Origin: Azolla caroliniana
Lineage: Eukaryota > Plantae > Polypodiophyta
NCBI GenBank assembly: GCA_043228905.1
Contig: JBHGNT010000006.1
Span: 9,734,001 to 9,798,000 of the forward strand
Direction: 5' to 3'
DNA length: 64,000 nt
Positions 51,801 through 63,674 of this stretch are shown here, piece by piece. The notes below the pieces were generated by a model, which worked only from the letters and a program-made list of their open reading frames with translations, was not told the DNA's origin and made no database searches. The translations under genes and the position numbers were made by a program. How positions within the stretch are numbered: the first letter of the stretch is position 1; every line of letters starts with the position of its first letter.

Positions 51801-54033
51801 GCATCCATCCGGTCCGATCGTTTCGTCCTTTTCCTCCACCGGACATCCCTTGATCGGGATGTCGTCCAAGAATGGCATGGTGATGTCCGGGACAATCCCT
51901 CAGCACCTTGTTCATCGCATTCACCATGTGGGCCACCGAGTTCGTCCCTCCTTGTGGCAGGGTACACATCCGCACTAGGCCGAGAGGAGTCCGCATCGGC
52001 GTAATGTCTCTGCTCTCTACGGCTAGTTGGAACTGATCGTACCCCGAGTACAGATCACCGACCGAGTAGATCGACCTTCCGGCGAAGGCCTCCGTACTCG
52101 TTTATCGTTGGTCCGATTCCTGTGTTCCGAATGGTCACTCTGTTGACCGGTTGCAGGTCTTGAATGAAGCGCAACGTCCCGTTCTTCTTCGGTACGGTAA
52201 ACCACCGGTTCGAGTACGGGGCACTCGACGGTTCGAGGATGCCCATATCGACTTTCTGCCTCAATAGCTCCATCAGCTCCGGGATGTGAGCTCTCGGTAC
52301 CGAAATTGGCTTGAGATTCACGGCACATGCGGTACCGTGAATATCACCATCGGCTTCACGACTGTCAGGTCTACGCACCCGATCTCTCCGGTGAGAATGC
52401 GAAGGCTTTCTCGTGCCTTCCGAGCATTCTCCGAAACCGGTCTTCTTCCGCCGGCAGTAGGAACCCGCCCCCACCGATTTTGAGCTCCCGTAGTGTTCTG
52501 TCGGTGAAGGCATGCCCTATGCAGGACGGATCTCGTAAATTGGGGTCCGACGCGACCCCCTTGATTCGCAACTCGCTGCCCTCCGGTAAGGGTGCCGCGA
52601 CTGGCCTTACCTTCCGGTCCACAGTCTTGTACTTCGTGTTAACCCGGGCCGTCCGATCCGACTCAAGCCCTCGACTGAAGTCCGCGATGACTTCGTACAT
52701 CTCTTCTGAACAAACCGGTATCGTCCAGTCCTCTTTAAGGCCCTCTCCGACCACCTCTCGCAGCATTCCCAAGGTGTCGTCGAAGGAGACCGCCTCCATG
52801 GCACCATTGATTTCCTCGCTGGGCTCGAGAACTCCGCACGCCCGAAGTCGCTCTTCCGCCCTTGTCTTTTCTCGGCCAACGATGCCGACTATCGTACACC
52901 CTCCGTTGTCGGAGAAACAAAACTTCCTACTTATGGTACAAGGTTTCTTCAGTTTCGCCTCTATCGTACATTTGTGGGGTTTTCCCGGAGTGTCCGAACT
53001 GCCGCGGCCCCACGCCTTGGCAACCCTCTCTAAAAATCCTCTCGGTTCTCGCCACCGAGGGACTCGCGGTTTCGCTCGTGGTTCGGTCGCACCGTCAAGA
53101 ACTGGACCGAATGACGCCCGTCCTGACTCTTGACCCTCGCGTAAGCCGACCCGTTGTTCAGCACCTTGGTCTCCATTCGCGCAGCCGTAATGTACGGTTC
53201 TCCCAGTATGACCGGGTGCGTGGACGTCTCCTGCACAAAGAAGTGTTGGTCTATCTCAACGTCGCCGATCTTGACTCGCACGTTTGGGCAAGCCCCGTGT
53301 AGTTCCTCGGTGGCGCGCGTCGCCGCCCGTATCTTCCACCCGTGCTTAGTGTTGATCGGCCATTCACGTCGGGTTCACCAAATATGTCGCGTTACTACGC
53401 GCGTGCGTGGAGAAACGAGGCGGGACCACCGGGGTCTTGAACCAAAGAGCAGGTGATAGAAGGGGAAAGAGAAAGAGAGAGATGCCCGGTCACGTATGGG
53501 CAAAGAAACACAGGGGCACGGCCCGTCAACACAGAAGACGCAAATGGACATGGAGACAGGGAGACACAAGTTTTTGTAGATTAACTAATAACAAATACAC
53601 AACAGAGCACGCGAGCGGTTACAAGCGAACAGGCCGGCGAACAGATGCCAATGCCTGTTCGTCTGCGCACGAAAGGAGAAAAGGGGTGGAGGTGCTGCCG
53701 GAAGCACACGGGCGTTCCTCGAAGCAGCGCGAGCCTCCCGAAACCCTACAGAGAAGAGCGATCGAGAACGAACAGAGGAGAAGCGTTCGGTTACAGTCCG
53801 ACAGCACTTCGTCCTCCTTAATGCGCAATGCCTTCTCCCTGCGTCTCCCTCTCCTTTATAGAGTCAAGAAGGGAGCCGTCTCCCTCATTTACGTCCCACC
53901 TACCGAATCTAACTTCCCAGGATATACCTACGTACTTAATCCCTATTATATACATTAAGGGCGTGCACGCATGAAGAGCCGGTTCACGCGCGCTACGCAC
54001 CGATTGCGCTAAGGGACGGTTTTCTTCACGACA
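48817..54033 (-). mobile_element. Ty3/Gypsy LTR retrotransposon lacking gag, nested in the Copia RT; LTRs 48817-49465 and 53385-54033
   Basis: 649-bp TG..CA LTRs; 4-bp TSD AGGT/ACGT; PBS for tRNA-Trp (53362-53380); PPT 49466-49477; PR-RT-RH-IN order; open integrase ORF 49458-51041. Confidence 0.95.
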
Positions 54034-54934
54034 ACGTTTGCGCCGGTCGCGAAAATGACGATTGTCCGTGTTTTGCTCGCAGTAGCTACGGCGAAGGGGT
54101 GGCACTTACATCAGATGGATGTAAAGAATGCGTTCCTGCAAGGTGACCTTGAGGAACAGGTGTACATGGTACAGCCCCCCAGATTTCACTCTGGATCGAA
54201 CTCCTCGGCAGTATGCCGACTGAAGAAGTCCCTTTAAGGACTGAAGAAAGCCCCGCGTGCCTGGAACACAAAGATCACGCAACAACTGCGTCGGATGGGC
54301 TTCGCCACGTCAAAATCGGACTCTTCCCTGTTCATCCCGAAAGGTCGACTCGGACCGGTTAGTATTTTACTATATGTTGATGACTTGGTCATCACCGGCG
54401 CCGACCTAGGTGAAATCGACCGCGTGAAGCTCCAGCTTGCGGCATCGTTCGACATGAAGGATCTGTAAGGATTTGACGCTATCAAATCTTTCGCCTCTCG
54501 GCCACAACCGAGACAACACGGATCAATGCAGCAGAAAATGGGAAAAAGACACAGAGAGAGACGAATACACAGGGTATAACGTGGAAAACCCTAAACGGGA
54601 AAAACCACAGGAGTGCACGACTCCAACTATCACTCTACACTGGAATATACAATGGCGAGCTGCAAGGCGACGACCTTGAGCTCGCTGTCCTCGCCACAAG
54701 CGGCGGTATTACACAGAGGCGTCGACCTCTTCGTTTCTCTCTCTAGCGGCTGCTCTCACTTCGCTCCCTCTGAGTGAAAACAGAAAGATGAGCAACAACA
54801 AAAACTGTTTGCCCTAAGTCATATTTATACACATATGACTTTCGGGCTATTTACAAATATAGCCTCAAGGGCTCTTGGCAAAACATATTCAAAAATATGT
54901 CCCCGCATCCGGATCTCCCTCCGGGTACATTCGT

Positions 54935-55175
54935 CATCCGGCTCCGTAACCGGGGTCTTCAGCATCCGGCTCCGTAGCCGGGGTATTCATCATCCGGCTC
55001 CGTAGCCGGGGTCTTCAGCATCCGGCTCCGTAGCCGGGGTATTCATCATCCGGCTCCGTAGCCGGGGTCTTCATCATCCGGCACCGTAGCCAGGGTCTTC
55101 GTCATCCGGCTCCGTAGCCGGGGTATTCATCATCCGGCTCCGTAGCCGGGGTCTTCATCATCCGGCTCCGTAACC
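54935..55175. repeat. 28-bp tandem array (CATCCGGCTCCGTAGCCGGGGTCTTCAT), 8 full units plus 1 partial, in LTR U3; second array at 59822-60062
   Basis: Direct reading. Confidence 0.95.
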
Positions 55176-55247
55176 GCAACCGGGCTTGCCGTCATTCATC
55201 TCCGGACATCCCATCCGGAGGGACCGAAATCCCAACAAACTCCCCCT

Positions 55248-58200
55248 TCACTTCGGCATGGGATGTCTCTCCAATCCGATCCTCTTCCGGCATGCTTCCA
55301 GCTTGTCGGGTGTGAGCACTTTGGTCAGCATATCTGAGCCGTTCTCGTCCGTGTGGATCTTCGTCAGCACGAACTCCTGGTCTTCTATCCTTTCCCGGAT
55401 CCAGTGATATCTTCGCTGGATGTGCTTCGTCCGGGAGTGATAGGCCGCGTTCTTCGCAAGGTGGATGGCACTCTGACTGTCGCAGTAGAGTCGGTACTCC
55501 TCCTGCCGGATACCGAGCTCTCTAATGAAGTCCTTCATCCATATCATTTCCTTGCCGGCTTCAACAGCCGCCATGTACTCCGCCTCCGTGGTTGACAACG
55601 CAACCGTCTTCTGCAGCCTCGACTGCCACGAAACAGCTCCCCCTGCATACGTCATCACATACCCTGATGTGGACCGGCTGGTATCTACATCAGCCGACAT
55701 ATCCGAATCGGTAAAGCCGTCGAGTTCGGGCTTACCGGAGCCGAATCGGAGGCACACGTTTGCCGTGCCCTTCAGGTATCGGAGTATCCACTTGACCGCG
55801 TTCCAGTGCTCTTTGCCGGGATTGCTCATGTACCGGCTCACCACTCCGACTGCGTATCCTATGTCCGGTCTTGTACACACCATTGCGTACATCAAGCTTC
55901 CGATGGCAGAGGCATATGGTACTTTCATCATGTCCTCTTTCTCAGCCTTTGTCTTGGGGCTTTGCTTGCTGGACAACTTGCAGTTTGCCGGGAGAGTTGA
56001 TCCGACTGGTCTTGCTTCCGACATGTTGAACCGGTGAAGCACCTTTGTTACGTACTTCTCCTGTGACAGCCACAACTGCTTCTTCTTCCGGTCTCGGATG
56101 ATGTGCATCCCTAGTATTTGCCTCGCCGGACCCAGGTCCTTCATTGAGAAGGTTCGGTGAAGTGCTTTCTTCAGCATCCGTATCTTGCCCTGGTCCCGTC
56201 CGACGATCAACATGTCGTCCACGTACAGGAGGAGTATTAGAGAGTCTCCTCCTTCGAACTTCTTCACAAACACGCAGTGATCGGACTGCGTTTTGTGGTA
56301 CCCTTCGTCGGTCATGAAGGAGTCGAACTTCCGGTACCATTGCCGGGGAGCCTGCTTCAGTCCGTAAAGACTCTTCTTCAACCGGCATACCAGGTGCTCC
56401 TTCCCTTTCTTCTCGAATCCTTCCGGTTGTTGCATGTAGATCTCTTCTTCGAGGTCACCGTGAAGGAATGCCGTCTTCACGTCCATCTGTTCTACCTCGA
56501 GGTCCATGCTTGCCGCTATGCTCAGCACCGTCCGGATGGAGGTCATCTTCACTACCGGGGCAAATATCTCGTCGAAATCGACGCCCTTCTTTTGCTGGAA
56601 CCCCTTCACCACGATCCTGGCTTTGTATCTCGGGGGGTTTCCGGCATCTCCCGGTTTCAGCTTGAACACCCACTTGTTTCGTAGTGCCCGCTTTCCGTTT
56701 GGCAACTCCACAAGTTCATATGTGTGGTTCTCATGCAGGGAATCCATCTCGTCCTGCATGGCACTCAACCACCTGCGGCTCTGGGTGTCATGCTTTGCTT
56801 CTTCAAAGCTCTCCGGCTCCCCTTCGTCGGTTAGCAGCACGTGCTCTGGTTCCGGAAATCTCCGGGGGGCCCTTCTCTCTCTTAGAGGATATCTCCGTTC
56901 CGGAGCTTCGGCAACCGGTTCTTCCGATTCTTCTTCGTCCAAATCCATTTCGGGATCGGGGCCGGTTCCGGTATCATTTTCATCTTCTTCGGCCGGTTCT
57001 GTTTCTTCATAGTCTTCGGCCGGATCCTCGAGTGTTAACCGGTCCCATGCCGGTCGGGACTGCTCCTCGTAGAGTTGATCCTCACCGGTCGACTTGGAGC
57101 TCTTCATCTTCTTCTCCGACTCCCAGTCGGCGAGTGTCTTGTCCTCCATGAAGATGATGTCTCGACTCCTGAATATCTTCTTGTCGACCGGGTCCCATAC
57201 TCGGTAGCCGAACTCGTCTCGCCGTAACCGAGGAATATGCATGGCCGGGTCTTTGGATCTAGCTTTCCTCTCCGGTCCTTTGCCACATGCACGTATGCGA
57301 GACACCCGAACACCTTCAGATGCCGGTAGGACACTTCCTTACCGGTCCACACTTTCTGCGGCGTGTCCCCGTCCAAAGGTACTGAGGGTGATCTGTTTAT
57401 CACGTATGTCGCCGTCGACATTGCCTCAGCCCAAAACCCCTTGGGTAATTTCGCATGCGCCAGCATACTCCGGACCCTCTCCATTATGGTCCGGTTCATC
57501 CTCTCGGCCAGCCCGTTCAGTTCCGGCGTCTTCGGCACAGTAAACTCGAGCCGGATTCCCTTCGAGCGACAGTACTCCTGGAACTGCCCCCGGTATTCCC
57601 CTCCGTTATCCGCTCGTATCGCTTTCAGCTTCTTGCCGGATTCCCTTTCCACTCTCGCGTGGAGTTCTTTGAAGACGGACAATACTTGGTCCTTTGTCTT
57701 CAACGGTGCCGTCCACAACTTTCGGCTATGGTCATCTATGAATGTTACGAAGTATTGGGCTCCGCCATGTGACTTCGTTTCTACCTGACACACATCAGTG
57801 TGCACCAACTCCAATGGTACACTACGTCTCGTCGGTGGCCTTGAGTGGAAGGAGGTCCGGTTTTGCTTACCGGCCAGGCAGTCGGTGCACTTCTCCAGGT
57901 GCACATGCTTCACCGGAATAAGGTTGTCTTCTGCAAGCCTCTTCATCCCCTTCTCACTCATGTGGCACAGTCTCTTGTGCCACAGCTCACCGGCAGTGTC
58001 GGCTGCCACGTTCAGCTCCTCCGGACATAGCCGGGAATTCATCAGGTACAGTGTGTTGACCTTCCGGGCCCGAGCCACTATCAGGCTCCCCTTGCTGAAC
58101 TTCATGACACCGTTCCGGATGCTACCCGTGTAGCCTTCATCATCTAGCCTCCCGGCCGAGATCAAGTTCAATCGGACCTCCGGAACGTGTCGCACATCCT

Positions 58201-59320
58201 TCAGCAGCATCTTGCATCCGGTTGATGTCATCAGCCACACGTCTCCTATGCCGGCAATCCGGCATGTGCCTTCATTTCCCATCCGGACACAGCCGTGCTC
58301 ACCGGTTGTGTAGGATGAGAAGTATTTCTTCTCCGGGGTCAGGTGGAACGACGCTCCGGAATCGACCACCCAGGTCATCTCTACACCGGCAAGGTTCAGC
58401 TCCCTCTCTTCGGTAATGAGCATGATTTCTTCTTCACTTGCCGCGAGTGCCGTCGTTCCTTTCCGGTCCTGCCCTCGCCGATCCGGACCTCTCCGGTCCG
58501 TGGCTCCCCGGTATGCACCGTTTCTCTCCGGTGACTTCTTCGAATCGGTGTCGTCGGCTCCGTTGTCCTTTCGGTAATGCCGACAATTCTTCCGGAAGTG
58601 CCCCGGCTTCCCACAGTGGAAGCACGTGGGCCTTCCTCTTGACTGCGACCGGGTCCCCGACTTCTCCCGTCTTTGCGGACTCCGGTTCCATTGTCTTCCC
58701 CGTTCCGATTCGGTAAGCAGCGCCTTCGAGTCGGAGGCCGGTTCTTTATCTCTCCGACGCGCTTCTTCGTTCAAAATACTTGTCTTTACCGTTTGTAGGG
58801 ACAAGTTATCTTCCGTGCAGGAGGTGCTGAGTGTCACCACCAAGTTCTCCCAGCTTTCCGGCAATGTACACATCAGAATGATGGCTTGCATTGCATCCTC
58901 CAACGGGAACTTGATCGCCGCAAGCTGGTTCACGAATCCCATGAACGTGCTCACGTGTTCCACCATATTCTCGCTGTCCCGGTACTTGAGGTTCACTATC
59001 TTCCTCATCAGGGAGGTCCGGTTCAACGCATTCTTCCTCTCGTAGAGGCCCGACAGCTTCTTCCACATCTCATATGCGTTGGTGTCGTTCGCCACATGTT
59101 GCAGAACACTTACATCTACATATTGCCGGATCGTCGCTACGGCTTTCCGGTTCAGGAGCTTCCACTCCGACTCTATTACCCCCTTGGGTATCTCGGCATT
59201 GTCGATCGGTTCGTACAGGTCTCGGACGATGAGGAGGTCTTCCATCTTTATCTTCCAGTCGGCGTAGTTCTGTGAGTTCAACACCATCATGCCCGGAGGC
59301 CCACTACCGCCGCCTTCCAT
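55248..59320 (-). CDS. Gag-Pol polyprotein of the young Copia, with a single frameshift near 57220
   Basis: ORFs 57104-59320 (gag, zinc knuckle, PR WVVDSGAS, IN) and 55248-57305 (RT YVDD, RH) join at FLGYG/DEFGYR. Confidence 0.9.
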
Positions 59321-61997
59321 TTTCTGTGTTACCGTGCTCTGATACCAATTTGTAAGGATTTGACGCTATCAAATCTTTCGCCTCTCGGCCACAACCGAGA
59401 CAACACGGATCAATGCAGCAGAAAATGGGAAAAAGACACAGAGAGAGACGAATACACAGGGTATAACGTGGAAAACCCTAAACGGGAAAAACCACAGGAG
59501 TGCACGACTCCAACTATCACTCTACACTGGAATATACAATGGCGAGCTGCAAGGCGACGACCTTGAGCTCGCTGTCCTCGCCACAAGCGGCGGTATTACA
59601 CAGAGGCGTCGACCTCTTCGTTTCTCTCTCTAGCGGCTGCTCTCACTTCGCTCCCTCTGAGTGAAAACAGAAAGATGAGCAACAACAAAAACTGTTTGCC
59701 CTAAGTCATATTTATACACATATGACTTTCGGGCTATTTACAAATATAGCCTCAAGGGCTCTTGGCAAAACATATTCAAAAATATGTCCCCGCATCCGGA
59801 TCTCCCTCCGGGTACATTCGTCATCCGGCTCCGTAACCGGGGTCTTCAGCATCCGGCTCCGTAGCCGGGGTATTCATCATCCGGCTCCGTAACCGGGGTA
59901 TTCATCATCCGGCTCCGTAGCCGGGGTCTTCAGCATCCGGCTCCGTAGCCGGGGTATTCATCATCCGGCTCCGTAGCCGGGGTCTTCATCATCCGGCACC
60001 GTAGCCAGGGTCTTCGTCATCCGGCTCCGTAGCCGGGGTCTTCATCATCCGGCTCCGTAACCGCAACCGGGCTTGCCGTCATTCATCTCCGGACATCCCA
60101 TCCGGAGGGACCGAAATCTCAACAGGATCTAGGGGACCTTCACTACTTCCTCGGGATCGAAGTGATCCGTACCCCCGAAGGCATATTGATCAGCCAACGT
60201 CATTACGTGCTAAGTATGCTCTTCAAACTCGGGATGGCCGACTGTAAGTCCGTCTCGACTCCTCTGGACAGAACCGTCAAGCTTCGTCCCGATACGGGAA
60301 AGGTATGCGACCCGACGAGGTTCCGACAAATTGTTGGAAGCCTCATATACTTGACCATCACCCGACCCGACCTCAGTTATTCGGTCGGAGTGATCAGTCA
60401 GTTCATGGCGCGACCTACCGAGGAGCACCTTCAATGTGCGCAACGCATACTTCGGTATGTCACCAAAACTAAGGACCGAGGACTGCTATATCGGACCGGT
60501 GCAGCCGCGCCGTTAGTCGGCTACACCGATGTTGATTGGGCTGGCAATGCCGTCGATCGCCGATCCACGTCCGGATACGCGTTCTCCCTCGGGAGTGCCG
60601 CGATCGCGTGGAGCAGTAAGAAGCAGCCAACAGTTGCCCTGTCGAGCACCGAAGCTGAGTACCGAGGAGCGGCTGTCGCGACATGCGAAGTCATATGGTT
60701 GAAGCGGCTACTTAAGGACCTGCAAGAGGAGGTGTCAGATCCGACGACGATCTACTGCGACAAACTCAGTAGCATCCAGCTCGCGAAAAACCCCGTTTTC
60801 CGAGCACGGACCAAGCACATTGAGGTGCACTACCATTTCGTCCGTGAGCGTGTCCTTTCCAGTGAAGTCGAACTTCAGTACGTTCTGACGGATCGGCAGA
60901 CTACCGACATCTTCACTAAGCCTCTTGGTCTGGACAAGTTGCGGCAATTCTCGGGTGCGCTCGAATTGTGTCACCTTGACGTGCCAAATTTGAGGGGGAG
61001 AACAGTCTCGAACGACCAAGCAAGGCAGCAGGAAAAGAGCGGAGACCGCGACACCGAGTCGGTTGACTCGGTTGTCGAGTTCAACTTCGGATCAGCTGGA
61101 GAATCAACCGAGGGCAGACCCGCGGAAAAGTTCGGAAGCGGACAGAAGGGGAGCAGCCGAAGGAGAGAGCCGAAGCCAACCACGCATGGGGAAGATGACG
61201 CCATCGAGGGCAAGAAGACTGAAGACAAGTTGGAGACAGCCAACTCAGACGAGAGCGAAAACCGATCGGAGGTAGTTGAGTCGGTTTGGATGTTTGATTC
61301 AGATACGCTAAATCAACCGAGGCCCAAGCGGAAGAAAAGGCAGCAGGAGAAGCGTCAACACCGCAATAGCAAAAGAGCTGATAAGGGCCACATGAGCAGA
61401 CAAGTCGACCGGAAGGGTCGAAGCGCGCGGAGTCGAACAGGTCGAGGAGCGTGAGCGAGGCGTGAAGCCAGGAGGAACCGGAGCTATGAGCCCAAAGATC
61501 CCGAAGATCCTCAAGTTGAGCTTGAGGGGGAGTGTTGAGAGACAAGCTCAACATCGTCCGGATCGGCTAAAGAAGCCGAGGACCGGATCGGTTGAGACCG
61601 ATCGGTTAGACCGAATGCGTAAACCGGTACGAAGACCGGTGCGTAGGTAGGGCCGGATCGGTGCGTAAACCGGGAGGCCGTTAGGAAAGATATTCCGTGA
61701 GGAATATATTTGGGAGTTAGTGTAGGAGCTCTTAATGAGCATTGAAGTATTGTCAGTACTTCGGTCAGTCCTTCTAGGACTTGTATAAAAGTGTTCATTG
61801 AGCACACATCTGTATAGAATAGTGAATAGAGATTGAGTACTTCTTTGTTGAATATAGTTCTTGTGTTTTTCTTTCTCTCTCACTCTCTCTGTCTCTCCCG
61901 CGTATACTACATAAGCTCAAGCTCTCCATTAAACCTGAGCATTCTTCCTTCTGTCTGGTCTTCATACTTGCTTCCGCATGCTACTTTCTACAGTATC

Positions 61998-63660
61998 AAT
62001 GAAATCCACAACAATAATAGAGTTGGTTAAAGTGCAACTAAAAACATATTTGAGTTTCAAGGCTTCTTTGTACATTGTTAAGGTGGAATTACATCTAGTA
62101 ATAACATCAAGGCAAGGTCGTTCTCACTCTCCATGCTCATACATTGGTCTGGAATATTTTCTAAATATAGATAATGAACTTTACTAGAACATATGGATAA
62201 CAAAGTATTTCTAAACTTCATAATGTAAGGTGAGATGATCTCTAATGCAAGCTTAATGCCAAATTGAAATACATGAACCATACATCCCAACATATTTGAT
62301 GACGGTGTCATGGAGGATTTCAGCCACTAGGAGAAAGGACCGTCGGAAGCGTGTGAACAAGGGTGTGCAAGTATGCACATGAACTCGGTCTTTGTATTAA
62401 AATAATGTAATAAAGAGAGTATTAATAAGTACAAGGTAGGAGTATTTAATAAGTACTTCATGATCATGCGAATAGAGGGGAATCATAGTGACTGATGGCA
62501 GAAAATCGTGAGGGAATCTCGAACAGAAGCGGTTGTCATTACTACGGATGTAACGACCTCTCCTTGTGCTATAAAAGGAGAGGATTGAAACTGTAAAAGG
62601 GATCCAATATTTGGGAGGAGGTAGATGTTTCCGGATTGTGATCTTGAGCACAAAGAGTTTTTGTTCTTCTTTTTTGGATCGGTGGTGTGAGGGCACTACT
62701 CTCATAGGAAGCCCCTGTGCTCTCAACCAGAGGCTCACTTGTCTGTGGAGTGTGTGCGTGTACACCGAGCTCGAAGCTCTATTTCCGGCCCAAGGCCATT
62801 CTTGTATTCGTTTCTATTATAATCGATTAACTTTGGCATTGTCGTATCCAGGTGCCCTTTCTCTAAGTCGTGTCCTTATTCCTAACTGGTTTGCGGTGCG
62901 GGAAGGTATCGTCCTTCCCTTCTCTGTTCTGCGCTTTCTTGCTCGATCATGGTAGGAGTGTCGAATCAGATACAGTTCTCTAAGCCCATGTGGTTAGTAT
63001 CCGACCTTTGGTAACCAGGCCGGACAAGCCATTGCAAGCTTAGTAGTTGCTCATCCTCACCTCCTTGGTCTGAGACCCCTGAGGTCCCGCCCGAGCCGAC
63101 CCGCAAGGCGTGGATATCCGCGGAAATGACAAAAAACATTTGCATGCATATCATGTATTAATCTACCCAACTCATTTGAGGCCATAATAGCATCACTAGC
63201 ACCATCTGATGTTATGGATAAAATATGCGAAGAAATACTAAAGGATTTCATGCGCATAAAGAAAGCTTGATCACAAAGCTTACCTACACCATCACCGTGA
63301 AATACATGAAAAAAATAAATGAGCAATTGTCTTAGCATATTCTCTACATATCCATTGTAATGTCATTGGACAAAATCCTTTCAAACTACTATTTGACCAC
63401 CCATCAAACATAACTAATTAACAAATGATAACTTAACTTACACTTGCCATATTGATCGTTTTAATGTACAGGTTGACCTAAGCCCATAACCTGGTAAGCC
63501 ATCATGCATGAATTGCTTAAAACCTAAGGACTCAACATGCACATGAGGTAATATTTTTGTGATTATATATTTTGTTATAGAGTTATGAGTTTTCTTCTCC
63601 AATGTACGAAATATTGTGAAATGCACATAAGAGATCAAAACCAACCTACTTAGCTTCTTA
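61998..63660 (-). pseudogene. hAT transposase N-terminal/catalytic remnant (copy B), continuing at about 45215-45281
   Basis: LPHVHVESLGFK, SITSDGAS, MHAN|MLGCMVHVFQ, LDVITRCNST. Confidence 0.75.
62300..63139. mobile_element. Solo LTR (840 bp) inserted in hAT copy B
   Basis: TG..CA ends; TSD TTTGA/TTTGC; removing it restores the hAT frame MHANMLGCMVH; TATAAA at about 62570. Confidence 0.7.
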
Positions 63661-63674
63661 CGTCTTACTCAATT

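Larger units (their letters stand above)
54464..60124 (-). mobile_element. Very young Tnt1/Tork-like Copia nested in the Copia RT; 774-bp LTRs 54464-55237 and 59351-60124
   Basis: Perfect TSD GGATC; PBS for tRNA-iMet 59336-59347; PPT 55238-55247; LTRs nearly identical outside the repeat array. Confidence 0.97.
45282..61992 (+). mobile_element. Ty1/Copia LTR retrotransposon hosting two nested elements; LTRs 45282-45740 and 61533-61992
   Basis: TG..CA LTRs about 3% divergent by manual count; TSD GTATC; PBS TGGTATCAGAGC (45741-45752); PPT 61522-61532; gag (zinc knuckle CWYCGKKGH), PR (VDSGAANHM), IN, RT and RH, with several stops. Confidence 0.97.

Noticed and set aside
15758-54463. Insertion hotspot: two Copia RTs are interrupted within about 25 bp of the homologous MKDLG.LHYFLG site
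   Set aside because: Only two events, by unrelated element classes; chance is a sufficient explanation.
54935-55175. 28-bp repeat array as a CRISPR
   Set aside because: Head-to-tail units without unique spacers, inside a retrotransposon LTR, with no cas genes.
46000-61500. Many overlapping antisense ORFs
   Set aside because: Shadows of GC-rich retrotransposon coding sequence.
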